Made by a program: the position numbers and the translations under genes | Part shown: piece after piece, positions 1-13,011 of the stretch | How positions within the stretch are numbered: position 1 is the stretch's first letter | Layout: each line of letters begins with the position of its first letter | Notes under the pieces: generated by a model | The model's database searches: none | What the model saw: only the letters and a program-made list of their open reading frames with translations | Told to the model about the DNA's origin: nothing | Assembly (NCBI GenBank): GCA_964016885.1 | Contig: OZ024743.1 | Span: 248,558,001-248,622,000, forward strand | DNA: 64,000 bases | Reading direction: 5' to 3' | Source of the DNA: Eledone cirrhosa | Lineage: Eukaryota

Positions 1-941
1 AGAGCATTGGGCAAAATGCTTTTAGTTAAAGATCATTATGTTCTAGGTTCAATTCCTGTCAGGGTCAGATCTGCTTTTTATTCTTCTGATAAAATACCTA
101 ACATACTTGAATATAAAGCCAACCCTCCTATTTTATGTCTGAGAATTGGGCAAAAATCTAAACCCAATTTATAAGCCATGGCAGCTAAACAGTACATTGT
201 TTAGATGGTGTATACAAACCAATTTTACCATCAACTTTTTTTGGTCACATATTCCTCAGCTTATATTCAAGTATATATGGTAAGTACAAATCAAATATTG
301 GAGTCAATAAAATCAATTTTTCTTCACTTTAAAATTTCTAGACTTGTGTCTAATGAAGAAATTATTATTAGAATACCGAGGAATGCAGTGAATTGGTAGA
401 CATGTTATATCATGGAAAAATGCCTTGCAGTATTTAGTTACAGTCCTTTAAATTCTCATTTCAAATCCTGTCAGAGTCAGTTTTGTCTTTTATTCTAGTA
501 ATGTTAAAAAATAAGTAAGGGGTCAATATAATCAATTTTAACCCTCCATAAAAGTTTCTAGTTTTGTGTCTATGTTAGAAATTATTACTAGTTAACAGAG
601 GAAGAAGATGGATTAGTAGATACATTATAGCATGGTGCTTTATATTTGGACTTCAAATCCCAATGAAATTTATTTCATTTTTAATTCTTCTGCAATTGAT
701 AAAATATGTACCAATCAAGAACTGTGATTGATACAATAGAATACTTCCCATACCCCCCAAAACATGTGGCCTTGTGTCAAAGTTAGAAATGATTATCTGA
801 ATACCAAGGGTTATGCAGTGACATAAATAGTGGAGTAACAGGGAGGGATGCATTTGAATATTTAGTTTTGTCCTATCTTACAAGTTCAACTATCACCAGA
901 GTTTTTCTGGTACAAATAACTAATGGGGCCAGATGGTGGTA

Positions 942-1168
942 TTAACCCTTTAGCATTTACATTACTCTATGTTTTCTATAATATTTTCACGGTAAACACT
1001 TTATCTCACATAGTTATTTTACATAATATCAAATCTGAGATTTCGATATTATTTATTTTAAAAACAATACCTTAACGTCAGTATGAGCGGCCAGTTACAG
1101 TTAGTTTGAATAGAAAGAGGTGAGAGAATTCTGGCCGGATATGACCGGTTTAAATGGTAAAGGGTTAA
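942..1168. mobile_element. TTAA-flanked piggyBac-type MITE
   Basis: Reads TTAA-CCCTTTAGCATTTA ... TAAATGGTAAAGGG-TTAA, i.e. terminal inverted repeats inside TTAA. A homologous copy lies at 52322-52530. Confidence 0.7.
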
Positions 1169-2385
1169 ATCAAAATTTTTCAACATAATTTGATATAAGA
1201 ACTATATATGTTCAGTTACTATCCTAGTAAAGAAATAATTAATAATATTAGCAAATTCCTAAAAATTCTTCATTAGAAATACAGTCACAAAAGAGTTAAA
1301 AGAATTTAAATCCCCTACATTCCATAGAAAGATATATATTTACCATGTTTGGCCTCTCTCTTAAAAATGTCTAAAAATCATTATTAGAAATTAAAATACA
1401 TGAAATTCATTATCGGAAATGCAACACATTGAAATGTTCAAAGGAAATAATTGTTCGCTATGTGATAATTAGATAACTATAAAATAAATACAACATATAA
1501 TCTGCAACATATTAATTAGTTCTGATTTTTTAAACACACAAACACACGCAAACTCTCACACATGGATTAACACTCACACACAAATGCATGTACAAACACA
1601 CACACACAAACACGTGTTATTATTAACAATATTAAATCTGAGGTCTCATAGAAATCAATAATTTTATTAATTAGTGATCAAAAGTGTGTTTGTACTATTT
1701 CCTTTATATGGCTTTTGAATGGGTTTTAGAGTTGTTGTTTTTTTTAATGGCTGAGAAAATGTCTGTAAATATCTAATTAAATGTTGAACTCTAGAGAGAG
1801 AAAAAATTAGAAGTCACCAATCTGCTATAAAAATATGCAGTTTGCCTGACTTTAAATATTCAGCTATTACATTCTCTGAATAATAAATTCCACCAATGAA
1901 GAATCGTGTTCCTTCCAATAGTATACAGCACTCGTTACTAAAACTAAAATGAGAGAACCTCTATATAATCACTATCTGCTAGAATTAACAACCAAATTTC
2001 CCTCAAATCACAATCTATCATCATAAAAAAAGAAAGAACACATTTCATAATGTAATCTCCAGTTCCTTCCAGTCATCTACAACACTTGTTACTAAAACTA
2101 AAAGGAAATCAATGACGAAGCCTGTACTTGGTCTGTTAGAAATAGCAACCAAATTTCCCTAAAACACATTCAATAATGTAATTCTATAAGCACTGTACCT
2201 GAGAAAAATAGCAAATAGTAAGTCTTATATAATCAACAGTCTCAAGATTTACTGAGGCAAACTTTTAGCAAGGTCAGTATTGTGAAATAACTAAAAGTGG
2301 GAAAGTAAAAATGGGTCACTGGAAACAGGTTCTTTTCTCTTATATGATGCTTATCATAAAATAGTTAATACTGCTTTCCTTTGCT

Positions 2386-2830
2386 GGTGCCATGATAAAA
2401 TGTGCCCAGCACACTCTGCAAAGTGGAAGTATTGGTGCCATGAAAAAATGCACTCGGTACATTCTGTAAAGTGGTACTGTTAGAACTGTGATAAAATGTT
2501 CTGAGTACACACTATAAAGTGGAAATGCTGAAATGCATCCAGTACTCTCTGTAAAGTGGTAGTGTTGGTACCACGACAATAAAATGCACTCAATACATTC
2601 TGTGGCTGATGCCACACTAAAATGCACACATTACACTTTGTAAAGTGGCAATGCTGGTGCCACAATAAAATGCATCCAATACACTGTGTAAAGTGGTTGA
2701 TGTTAGTAAGGGCACCCAGCCACAGAAATCATGCATGAACAATATATGGTCATCTGTCCTGGCTAGTCACAGAAAAATTACAACTTATGAAACCCAGGCC
2801 AACATGGAAAATGGATATATAATGATGATT
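2386..2830 (+). repeat. Degenerate RTE 3' UTR with about 8 tandem ~39-bp units
   Basis: Repeating ggtgcca..taaaatgcac..cacactctgtaaagtgg, then gttagtaagggcacccagcc..agaaa and a gatgat tail, as in the RTE 3' ends elsewhere in the window. Confidence 0.6.
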
Positions 2831-2849
2831 GCTTTCTTTTAAATGTGCT

Positions 2850-3270
2850 TTGCTGTTCACATATACTGACATTACACATCCAGCAAAGCATGCATACTTC
2901 ATTTTTTTTTATCCACTGCAAATATTCTGCACTCAAAGCCCATGTCTTTCTTCCGTGCAACATAACAAGCAATTGAAACAGAAGCATCATATAATCAGCC
3001 CTTCACTCTAACAGAGGTTTTTTTGTTGTCAGCAGAAGCAGCAACTACCTGAAATTCTTTCACTCTGTTCTCACTCTGGCTACAACACTTTCAATACATC
3101 TACCACCACTGCTAATGAGGCCACATAGATAGTAAAAGCTTTCTACTACTTCTAGAAAACCTTCTGAATATTTGAGAGGGATTATTTCATGAACGCCCTT
3201 ACCATTGACTACTACTGTGCACCTGTCACATGTGAAGTCTACCTTCCTTGTCAGCTTACCTGTGACCCCA
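2850..3270 (-). pseudogene. Old RTE ORF fragment (RT C-terminal part)
   Basis: Translates in pieces as MLHGRKTWALSAE..NEVCMLCWMCN, homologous to the young RTE copies. Confidence 0.65.
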
Positions 3271-4550
3271 CTATGAAGAGTTGCCAGTAAAATATAACCC
3301 TAAAAATAAGACTGAGTTTAGAACTAATCAGAATATAACATAACTATTTTTTCTGCAAAAAAAATCGACCTCATATTACATTATGTTATGACTCAGCAAC
3401 TCTGATGATACAGAATCTTGACTAACATAAATTTACCTATTAACTAGATAAAATATAGATATTTCATTCATTCATATGAGTACAACCACACTAATTTTGT
3501 TCTGTACATACACAAAAACATTCATTCGCTTCAGCCACAGAATGTATTTCCTATCTATACAATCTAAACACGATGAGCAAACATTGAATGTTGGTGTTTA
3601 TTTAACATGTTCATTAATATATCACAAGGCTTTAATATAACTGGTCAGTATACTGGACCTTTTTCAGGTCTAACACCAGAGGATTGAAAAATAATGATTT
3701 CTGACATTGGCACACAAACCAACAAAATCAATTAGTTTGTCTCCAACAGATGACTGATATTTTATTGATCCCAAATGAACAAAAAAAAAAAAAAACAAAA
3801 AAAAAACGGAAAATCATGTGTCAGCTTTTAAATAAAAATATAAACCAAAATAATTATTCCAGCACTCTAGTGTTTTCACCCACTCAAAGACATTTAATGG
3901 AATATAATTAGTATAAATAACTCCAATAAAAGTTCTTTTGACCTTAAGCTGATAAAATACAAAGTTTAAATATATTTTCAAACTGTATGATTCTTAGATG
4001 GTTTGATTGAGAAGCTTCTTATTGAATTATCATCCTCTTTATCATGAAAGTTTGTCATTTATAAACTGAAGAAAACATTATTTTAGAAAATGAATGATTT
4101 CTGTCATTGTTTATTCAGGAAAATAATATACTGATTCTACAATTACCTACCAAATATTTTCATTTCATTTGACATTTTCCCTGTCTTCAAAACTCAAATG
4201 TTTCCTTTACACTTCTACTACTATTTGCTGGTAAATTCCCAACACCCTCATCTAAGAAATGTGTAATAAATTCCCGTCACTACAACATACAATTCATTCA
4301 ATATATTGGACTTTCACCAAGTCTATGTAGAATATCCCCACCCTCACAACTGACTACACTAAGCTTAAAGTGTCACTATTATAATAGATAAGCAAATAAA
4401 ATTCAATGACATCAAACTTGAATACTATTACATTGTAAGGGTTGCCTCAGAGTACTACTTGTAAAATAAATATCTCACAATTTAAAAGGCATCTTTCATT
4501 CAACATCACATGATATTACTCGACCTTGAAGGTTTCATTTGCTGTGTGTG

Positions 4551-4960
4551 TGTGATATTTGGACACCTTGCGGGATGAAATACAAGACCCGGTGAAGGGC
4601 TGAGGAACTCAGCAGAGTCAACGGCCATCCAAATAGTTTTTTTTTTCTTCACCTGGGAGTGAAAGGCCCCAGTTGTCACAACACCTTTCTAAGAGAGGGA
4701 AACTCTGAAAAAAAACCCTGCAGTTTTGGAAGCATCTGATGATGTTGACCAGTTCTCCTTCTCGGGTAGTGTTTTTAATGCTCAGAGAGTGGGATTGGTC
4801 GAGTGCAAGGCCTTTTCCCACTTAATAAAAAACCTTGTTCAGTTTATGTTACAGGTTCGTGAGGCTGGCCGTAGCCTGAAAGTGCACCATTTTCTGTAAT
4901 CTGACAAGCGATTGCAAGACTCTGAGCAGAGTTTGCAGCCATCATATATATATATATATA
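4551..4960 (+). mobile_element. Diverged non-autonomous RTE-derived element, homologous to 24984-25592, with a (TA)n tail
   Basis: Collinear blocks ttggaca, agagtcaacggccatcc, ctgggag, gaaactctga, tgatgttgac, gagagtggga..tcccact. The 3' end is gagtttgcagccatca-(ta)n. Confidence 0.65.
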
Positions 4961-5038
4961 GAGAGAGAGAGAGTGAGTGAGAAAGAGAGTGAAAGAGAGA
5001 GAGAGAGGGAGAGAGAGAGAGAGAGAGAGAGGGAGAGA
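4960..5038. repeat. (GA)n microsatellite
   Basis: Read directly from the sequence. Confidence 0.95.
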
Positions 5039-5102
5039 ATGGACCCTTCATCTATAGATTAAAAAAACAAGCACCTTCAATAAAATATATGATTCAAAAT
5101 AA

Positions 5103-5250
5103 TAATTGTTTCTACTTTAGGCACAAGGCCAGCAATTTGAAGGGGGAGGGGAAATTCGATTAAATTGACCCCAGTGTATTACTGGTTCTTTATTTATCGA
5201 CCCTGTAAGGATGAAAGGCAAAGCTAACCTCGGCAGGATTTGATTCAAAA
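5103..5250 (-). mobile_element. tRNA-derived SINE fragment
   Basis: Reverse complement of the SINE at 12477-12690 (ggcacaaggcc...gaccccagt...ggatgaaaggcaaag). Confidence 0.7.
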
Positions 5251-7789
5251 TAATATTAAAAAAGAAGAGACAGTTCTCAATATCTTGCTTTTAGGGGTTT
5301 AATTTTGAACTCTAATCAGAATTATTAAATAAGTTGTTACTCCCTTGGTATAGTTATATTCCATTTTTGGTTTTAGAGTATTTAGATGAAGCATTGTGAA
5401 TGGCCAAGATTTATTTGTATGTTTGTACAATATTTTCAGTTTTTATTCATTCCTCCTATCATATGTTTACACATTAGATAATCGATAAAAAAGCTATTTT
5501 CATTTAATTATGGGGGAAGTGTGGGTGAAAGGGTAAATTGGACAAATTTTCACTGTCAGCTTATTTTGTGTACAAACTAAACTCTGAAGCCTTCGACAAA
5601 TATCCAACCTGTTGGAGATGTAAATCAATAATTTGGTAAGAATCAGTTACCAATGCAGTTCGATGTTCACTTAACAATTGATTACTGATCCAGAATGAAG
5701 AATTTTGGCGGTAAATCTTTCATAAAGTGAATAAACGAAAGAAAGGAAAATAAAAAGAAACATTATTCAGTTCTATAATTACTGACACAGCTGACAATTC
5801 CTGCTGCTATGTACAGAATCAATACTATCAACCCCTACCTCGATTATTAACTTTAGCAATTCTATCTCTATCATCATAGCCATCATTACTGAACCATTAT
5901 GTTGGTGTTTACTCAAGAGAAGAAAAATTAACTGAATAAATGACCCTCACATTTTTTTACAGTATTTATTTCTTATTTCTCTTATGTTTTAATGAATTCT
6001 TTGTCTGCTTTGAGAAACAGAAGAAATTATGGTTTCTCATATTATTATAAAGCTATTAAATTTACAGTCAAGAGAAAAATGAAATGTTGTAACATCTATG
6101 TTTTTCCAAAGACATTGACTGTTTTAACTCTTAACATTCCGCAATGATTTAGCAGAAAATATTCATTTTTACTTTTCAAGAATGTTTTGCTAATGTGGTT
6201 TCATGTGGTGTGTTAATTTAAATGCTTGTAGTATCTTTACTAATGGACAGATCATTGGGAACAATTCTACTATGAGTAAAGTCATTAATTTTTCATGTGA
6301 TGTAGTTATAGTGCTGCTTATAGAGGCTACTTTATTAACCTTCTCAGATCACAGACACCTCCACACCTTCTTTCTGTTACATTGAACCGAGCAGTTCTAT
6401 ATTTGTAATACTATGATACTTTTTTTCTTAACTACTGTGAAAAAGCATCATTCCATCAACACTCAACAGCCACATTTTTAATAGGCTCTCACATCTGTAG
6501 ACAAAATCCTCTAGAACAACAGCATGGTGTCTCCTTTTCTAAGACAATAAGAATGTTATTTGAGGAAGATTTGTTTGCTATTTCTGGCAGGTGGAGTGAT
6601 CATGCAGAGGCTCCTTTGTTGTCCCATGTAAAGTAAATGAAATAGCTTAACACTAACTTTAAAGCATTGGTCTTTAGAGTTTGTTATTCTGTTTGTATGG
6701 TCTGTTATTTGTATGGTTTGTATAGCTTCTTATTTTGTTGTTTGTATGGTTTATTATCCTGTTTGTGTGGTTCTTTATTTCATTGTTTGTATGGTTTGTT
6801 ATTTCGTTGAATGTCTGTTATATTGAAACAATATATTTTTGCTATTAATTCAGAATCTAAAAAAATTCACACCATGAACACGAACAGAGGGTGATTAAAT
6901 AGCATCAATAATTTTAACAAATTGGTATATTCATTCCAAGAAACAATTTTGCTATCTTGAGATATAATTCCAAAGCAGACATTTGGGATTAGAGAGCAAA
7001 GTATGATTGACACTTCTCACTCTAGATATATGGCCTCTGCCAACAAAATAAAATTAAGATTTATCATTTCTATATGAAAAAAAAAAAAAAAAAAAAATCC
7101 ATGTTCTATATTATTGTTGTTTTGACGTGTTCATTTTAAAAACGTTTTTCAATAATTAAAAAAAAAAATTTCATAATTCTGAAATTTTATTAAAAACAAA
7201 AAAAAACATGTTAATGCCTTTCTCAGAGTTTTACATTTAATTGGAATATAAAATGAAAATAGTTCTTTGCACGAAAAGAAATATTCTGTCATGTCATGCA
7301 TTGCCTTCAGCATATATAGAGTTTAGAAAATTTTGTTCTAAGGAGGAAATATTTCTAATTTCAACTCAGAATGTGGTCTGCCACTCTGCTTGTTGCCAGA
7401 GTAAAAGTTCATTACTTACAGGTGTTAAAAACGAATATAGAAACAAATAAATAAGATACTTTATAAATATAGAAACAAATAAATATTTTATAAATATATA
7501 TTTATATATATGTATGTAAATGTATGTGTGAGTGTGTCTGTACACACACACACACACACACATACATATATATGTTCCAGCTCTGCATTCTGAGTTCAAA
7601 TCCAACCAATGTTAATTTTGTCTTGGGGACTAAACTTGGTGGAGCCTATCTCCTCTACAGGTCTGAACATAGCTGATTTCTTCCAGAAAAGGAGAGAGAA
7701 AGCAAGTTGGAAAGGGATATAGAGGAAGAATCGGCACCAGTATAGGACTGGTACATTTTTTAAAACAACCTTATATAATATATAATGAA

Positions 7790-8350
7790 ATTATTGTGTA
7801 AAGTGCTCAGGTGCACTACAACTCGTCAAAGATGCATGTATAGTACATAGAATAATACACAAATGTCAGGGAAGTGAATAGTGTATGAATCATGGTATAC
7901 ATGTGTGTATGTGTATGGAGGGGAATATTAGGTGTAGTGTTGGCGAATCTCGGGAAGTATGGAGGCCTTAAAGGATGCAGTGTCTCGACAGCTAACAACC
8001 GATGCAGGTAGTTTGTTCCATGCTTCAGCAACTCTGAGCATGAAAAAATGTTTCTGAAAGTCATGGGGACTGTACTGTTTTCTGACTTTGTGGGCATGCC
8101 CACGTGTGTTAGACACATGGAAATCAAAAAGGTACTCAGGGTTGTTGTTGGCAAGATGGTTAACAATTTTGTGGGTGTTTACCAAGTCAGTTGCCAGGCG
8201 TCGGAGCTTCAATGAATCCATGCCCAGGGAAGCAAGGCGCTCAGAGTATGGTAGATGCCTGATGGAGGGTATTCGCTTGGTTGCACGTCCCTGAACAGTT
8301 TCCAGGCGGTCAATGTTCTGAGCAAGATAGGGGTTCTAGACTGGTGATGC
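7790..8350 (-). mobile_element. CR1/L2-type LINE 3' fragment
   Basis: LKLRRLATDL..HKIV..TRGH.HKV.KQ...KHFFMLRVAEAWNKLP.SVV...SFK is the characteristic CR1-clade ORF2 C-terminus. Confidence 0.8.
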
Positions 8351-9139
8351 CTTGAAAGGATGAAAGACAACGTTGACCTCTGTGGGATTTGAACTCAAAA
8401 AGTAGAGAGCCGGAATGAAAAATGCAAAGCACTCTATCCAATGTTCTAACAACTTTGCTAATTTGCCACTTTCTTTCATTCATTGGAGGTCAATAAAGTA
8501 CCATTTCTGTACTGGGGTTGATTCATTCTCTCTATATCTTTTTAATGTCTCCCCCACCCTATCTCTTCTTTCTGTGGAAGAAATCAGCTGTGTTCTGATC
8601 TGAAGAGAGATGGACACAGCCAAATCAGTGAAATTGATATTGTTGATGCTTTTCTTGAATAGCTACTACTGTTAATAATAGTGGCAGTAATGATAGTGTT
8701 AAAAGGTAGTAAATGGTTAGTATTAATAGTGTTGATGGCATCAGTACAGTTCTATTACAAGAGAATGTAAAATAGTACACTAATCAGTTCACTTCAGAAT
8801 AATAAGGTTCCTGGATCAATCCCATTGCACAGCATCTTTAGCAAGTGTTGTTCACCATCATCTCAGATCAGTCAAAGGCTCAGGAGTTAAATTCGGTAGG
8901 TAGAAACTGGAGGCAGTCAGATGGATTGTAGTCAGATTTCAAATGGCCAATCTTATCACACCGAATCTCCCTGAAAATTACGTTCAGAATACATATGTCT
9001 GTTGAATGTTCAACCACATACACATTAATTTCATGAGCAGGCTGTTCCATTGATTGAAACAACTGAAATAATCAGCATCAAAGCTGATTGTGGCTCATTT
9101 ACATAACAATAATCCGAGAAACAATACAAAGTTACTTAC

Positions 9140-9237
9140 TTTTCTGTAGAAAAAAAGAAATCCTCCTCATTTTCCAGCCTCCCAATAGATGAGAGGCGGG
9201 ATCGTAGTTCAGTAATTAGCTTTTCTTTGTCACACAT
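9140..9237 (-). CDS. Candidate internal exon of an unidentified host gene (98 nt; MCDKEKLITELRSRLSSIGRLENEEDFFFSTE in phase 0)
   Basis: Polypyrimidine acceptor ttttccatgctttcttctttAG, perfect GTAAGT donor, open frame, non-repetitive sequence. Confidence 0.55.
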
Positions 9238-9532
9238 CTAAAGAAGAAAGCATGGAAAATGATGGATTAATTAGAAATTACAGTGGAATTAATCTAAGGA
9301 GACATAATGAATACTTAATTAAGCATAAATTCTTAGATTCATCATTTGTGAAGGAAATGAGAAGTTGAGATCTTATTCAGAATTATTACAAGAAACAATA
9401 CAACAGTAATAATGATTTCTAAATTTAGCACAAGGCGACAAATCTCAGCAGAGAGAACCATAGCTGATAGGGCTGGTTTTCGATGGAGGAGGGGACTAAG
9501 ACACACACACATAATATATATATATATTATGT

Positions 9533-11289
9533 GGAAACTATAGAGGTATAAGAGGAAACTATAGAGGTATAAAGCTGATGGACCAGGTCATGAAAGTAAA
9601 GGAAAGAGTTATAGCACAGTTAATTAGGGACCGGGTGAAACTAGATGAGATGCAATTTGGGTTTGTACCAGGAAGAGGTACCACTGATGCCATCTTCCTT
9701 GTGAGGCAGTTACAGGAAAAGTACCTAGCTAAAAGTAAGCCACTCTACTTGGCATTTGTCGACCTTGAGAAAGCCTTTGACAGAGTTCCACGTGCGGTAA
9801 TCTGGTGGGCTCTTAGAAAACTAGGAGTAGATGAATGGCTTGTGAAAGTGGTACAAGCCATGTATAGGGGAGCAGTCAGCAAAGTTAGGATTAGCAATGA
9901 GTATAGCGAGGAATTTAGCGTACAGGTTGGGGTCCACCAGGGCTCTGTTCTTAGCCATCTCCTGTTCATCATAGTCCTGCAGGCAATAACGGAGGAGTTT
10001 AAGACCGGATGCCCATGGGAACTCCTGTATGCTGATGACCTCGCACTCATAGCTGAATCTATGGTAGAACTAGAGAATAAATTCCAAACCTGGAAGCAGG
10101 GACTAGAAAGAAAGGGTCTCAAAGTCAACATGACAAAGACTAAGGTCCTTGTAAGTAGACGAGAAAACAGAACCCAGATCCCCTCAGGGAAATGGCCTTG
10201 CTCAGTATGTAGGAAAGGTGTAGGTAGGAACTCCATTCTCTGCCCCAAATGCAAACAATGGGTACACAAGAGATGTAGCGGGATCTCAGGAAGCTTAATT
10301 AAGAATGTAGGATTCACATGCAGCAGCTGTGCTGAAACAGCAAGCAGCAAACAGCCACAGGAAACAAGTACCACCAATCTCTGGGAGGGCCCTGTAGAAA
10401 CAGTAGACAGCTTCTGCTACCTAGGTGACCGAATTAGCAACGGAGGTGGGTGTTCAGAAAGTACAATAACTAGGGTAAGAACGGGATGGAAGAAGTTTAG
10501 GAAACTACTACCACTGCTAGCTGCAAAAGGCTTCTCCCTCAGAATGAAAGGCAGACTGTATGATGCGTGTATCCGAACAGCGATGTTGCATGGTAGTGAG
10601 ACCTGGGCGCTGAAGATGGTAGACTTACGTAGATTAGAGAGAAACGAAGCCTGCATGCTCCGATGGATGTGTAACAGTAATATACGTGAACGACAAAGCA
10701 TAAATGAATTAAGAGAGAGACTGAGCATAAGAGGAATCAAATGCTGTGTGCAGGAGAGGCGTTTGCGCTAGTATGGACATGTGATGCGTATGAAGGATGA
10801 CAGCTGCATAAAAAGGTGCAGAGCACTAGAAGTTGATGGAAACCGTGGAGTGGGGAGACCCAAGATGACCTGGGATGAGGTGATAAAAGCCGACCTTACC
10901 CAATTACACCTCTCAAAGACAATGACACACGACCATGACTTCTGGCGTCACGCAGTAATACAGAGTACCCGACCTCCCATGGGTACATGCTGAAGCATAT
11001 AAACAATATGCCCCCACTGCAAGGTGGTCGTGGAGGTGCCACGGCAAAAAAGCACCCAGCCCACACTGTAAAGTGGACGTGTAGGCGCCACGAAAAAGCA
11101 CCCAGCACTCACTGTAAATGAGGTTGGTGTTAGGAAGGGCATCCAGCTGTAGAAATCAAGCCAGATCAGTTCCTGTATGAGCAAGGCATGGTCAGCCAAC
11201 CAGACACTGCACACAACAGGACAACCCGTCTAACCCATGCTAGCGTGGAAGAACGGACGTAAAACGGTGATGATGATGATGATGATGAT
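9533..11289 (+). mobile_element. RTE-clade LINE, subfamily B, 5'-truncated (RT + 3' UTR + (GAT)n tail)
   Basis: ORF 9578-10771 has [20 protein letters not shown] and YADD. A TGG>TAG nonsense at 10769-10771 interrupts it; the frame resumes to 10993 (..TRPPMGTC). There is a small tandem duplication at the 5' junction. Confidence 0.92.
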
Positions 11290-11602
11290 AGTCAATCAGG
11301 TAATACAGGATGAAGCCATACCCAGTGACTGGTGCAGCAGTACAATCATAAATTGCTACAAGGGCAAAGATGGTGCTCTAGAAAGGAGCAACTATAGAGG
11401 AATAAAACTAATGGACCAAGTTATGAAAGTGACGGAAAGAGTTATAGCGCAGCTAATTAGGGAAAGAATCAAACTAGATGATATGCAGTTTGGTTTCATG
11501 CCTGGGAAAAGTACTACAGATGCCCTCTTCTTAGTGAGGCAACTACAAGAGAAGTTCCTAGCCAAGAATAAGCCACTCTATTTAGCTTTTGTTGATCTAG
11601 AA
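11289..11602 (+). mobile_element. RTE RT fragment, a third subfamily
   Basis: [52 protein letters not shown]; it ends at a possible hAT MITE end (caaaggttctcaac). Confidence 0.85.
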
Positions 11603-12386
11603 CAAAGGTTCTCAACCCATTTTGGCCAAACTTGCCGTTCGGAAATCACGAAACGCCCCCTATCCTATTTTTCCATTTTTCAATATACTACTGATTTTGA
11701 TATCAGTAGATTACTGGGCCAAATCAAGTTATCTTAGATTCTTTAAAAAATACTCGTACGAATTAAATACAAAAAAGTTTCAGTCCAAAACAAAAGCAAG
11801 CTATTTCAAATTATATATATTTTTGAAATAAAAAAAACATTTGATCTCAGTCGAAAAAGCTTTTTTTTTTTAAATTTCTATATTTCACTGTTAGCTGTTG
11901 TAATATTTTGAGTGGATAGACAATTGAAACTGCAAAGTCAAAATACAAAAGATGCAAAATATGAAGAATTTCTTACCTTTCTCTGAAATCACAAACTCAG
12001 GGGAAAAATAGTACCTTGCAAAATAATATACCTCGTAGCAAAATAAATAGTAAGGAATGAATTGAGAAGCTTGGTGACTGAGAAAGCAATATTTTTATCC
12101 CTTATATATAAACATAGATAGACACACACACACATATACATACACACACACAAACTTGTGTGTGTGTGTGTGTGTGTGTGTGTGCCTTGGTACAGAAAGA
12201 ATTTTGTCTACAGTTTTTTATTGCCAGGTCAAAGGCCACAGCTCTTTTCAACAACGCCAAATAACAATGCTCCACACACACACACACACATATATATATA
12301 TAAATGAAGAGAGAAAGAGGGAGGGACAGAGAGAGTAAGAAATGTGTGTGCGTTTGGTACATGTCTATCTATCTATTTATCTCCAG

Positions 12387-12790
12387 CAGGGGGCTCACAC
12401 ATGCGGCCCATGAACTACTTATCTGTAGCCCGTGGTAGAACCAATATTTCATATCACATTATAACTGGTGAAAATAAGGCGGCGAGCTGGTGGAATCGTT
12501 AGCACATCTGGTGAAATGCTTAACGGTACTTCTTCCGTTTTTATGTTCTGAGTTCAAATTCCGCCGATCTCAACTTTGCCTTACATCCTTTTTGGGTCGA
12601 TGAATTAAGTACCAGTTGTGTACTAGGGTCAAAGCAATCAACTGAACCTTAAACCCCAAATTTCATGCCTTGTTCCTATAGTAGAAATGATTATAACTGG
12701 TGAAAATTTTCACCCACCACCACGTTTGGCCCACTGTGCGTCTCCTCCAGGACGTAATAGCCCTTTTGTGTCCTTGAATTTGAGACCCCT
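12387..12790. mobile_element. hAT/Charlie-like MITE remnant interrupted by a SINE
   Basis: cagggggctcacac..cggccc at the left and tttgagacccct at the right resemble CAGGGGTCTCAAA TIRs. Confidence 0.45.
12477..12690 (+). mobile_element. tRNA-derived SINE, full length, with 18-bp TSD
   Basis: A-box-like gctggtggaatcgttag and B-box-like gagttcaaattc. TSD attataactggtgaaaat at 12458-12475 and 12690-12707. Many copies in the window. Confidence 0.85.
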
Positions 12791-12829
12791 CTTCTACACA
12801 CACACATATATTTTACTTTTTTTCTATCT

Positions 12830-13010
12830 CTGGTCTACGCCCATGCTGGAGCATCACCTTGGTAAGTTATGGGGACGTCAACAAACCAACAAGCATTGGT
12901 GAGAGGGCAAACACAAACGCAAAGACATATATACATATATACGACAGGCTCTTTTAGTTTCGATCTATCAAATCCACTCACAGGGCTTTGGTCGGCTCGG
13001 GCAGTGGGAC
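12830..13010 (-). mobile_element. Second SINE family, fragment
   Basis: Shares ccatgctgg.gca.cacc, aaatccactcaca.ggctttggtcggc and cagtgggact with 47440-47810. Confidence 0.5.
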
Positions 13011-13011
13011 T

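Noticed and set aside
1344-1370. 27-nt minus-strand micro-exon (tttttag/ACATTTTTAAGAGAGAGGCCAAACATG/gtaaat)
   Set aside because: Weak donor, and joining it directly to the 9140 exon gives a stop; unsupported without RNA data.
2386-2700. CRISPR-like periodicity of the ~39-bp repeats
   Set aside because: Contiguous degenerate tandem units with no unique spacers and no cas genes, in a eukaryotic LINE 3' UTR context.
3402-3430. Isolated CTGATGA motifs (also about 44069 and 47479)
   Set aside because: No stem II followed by GAAA, so not hammerheads.
9745-10740. Antisense ORFs over RTE copies (also 14430-16454, 34296-35240, 62135-63280) and over the Asn tract (28777-29334)
   Set aside because: Shadow frames of the real ORF; they recur only because the element is repeated.
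11603-12074. Complete hAT MITE inserted at atctagaa
   Set aside because: The left end is plausible, but there is no matching TSD or RTE continuation on the right.
12477-12570. tRNA gene
   Set aside because: The A/B-box-like motifs belong to a SINE head; there is no cloverleaf, and a TSD and SINE body are present.
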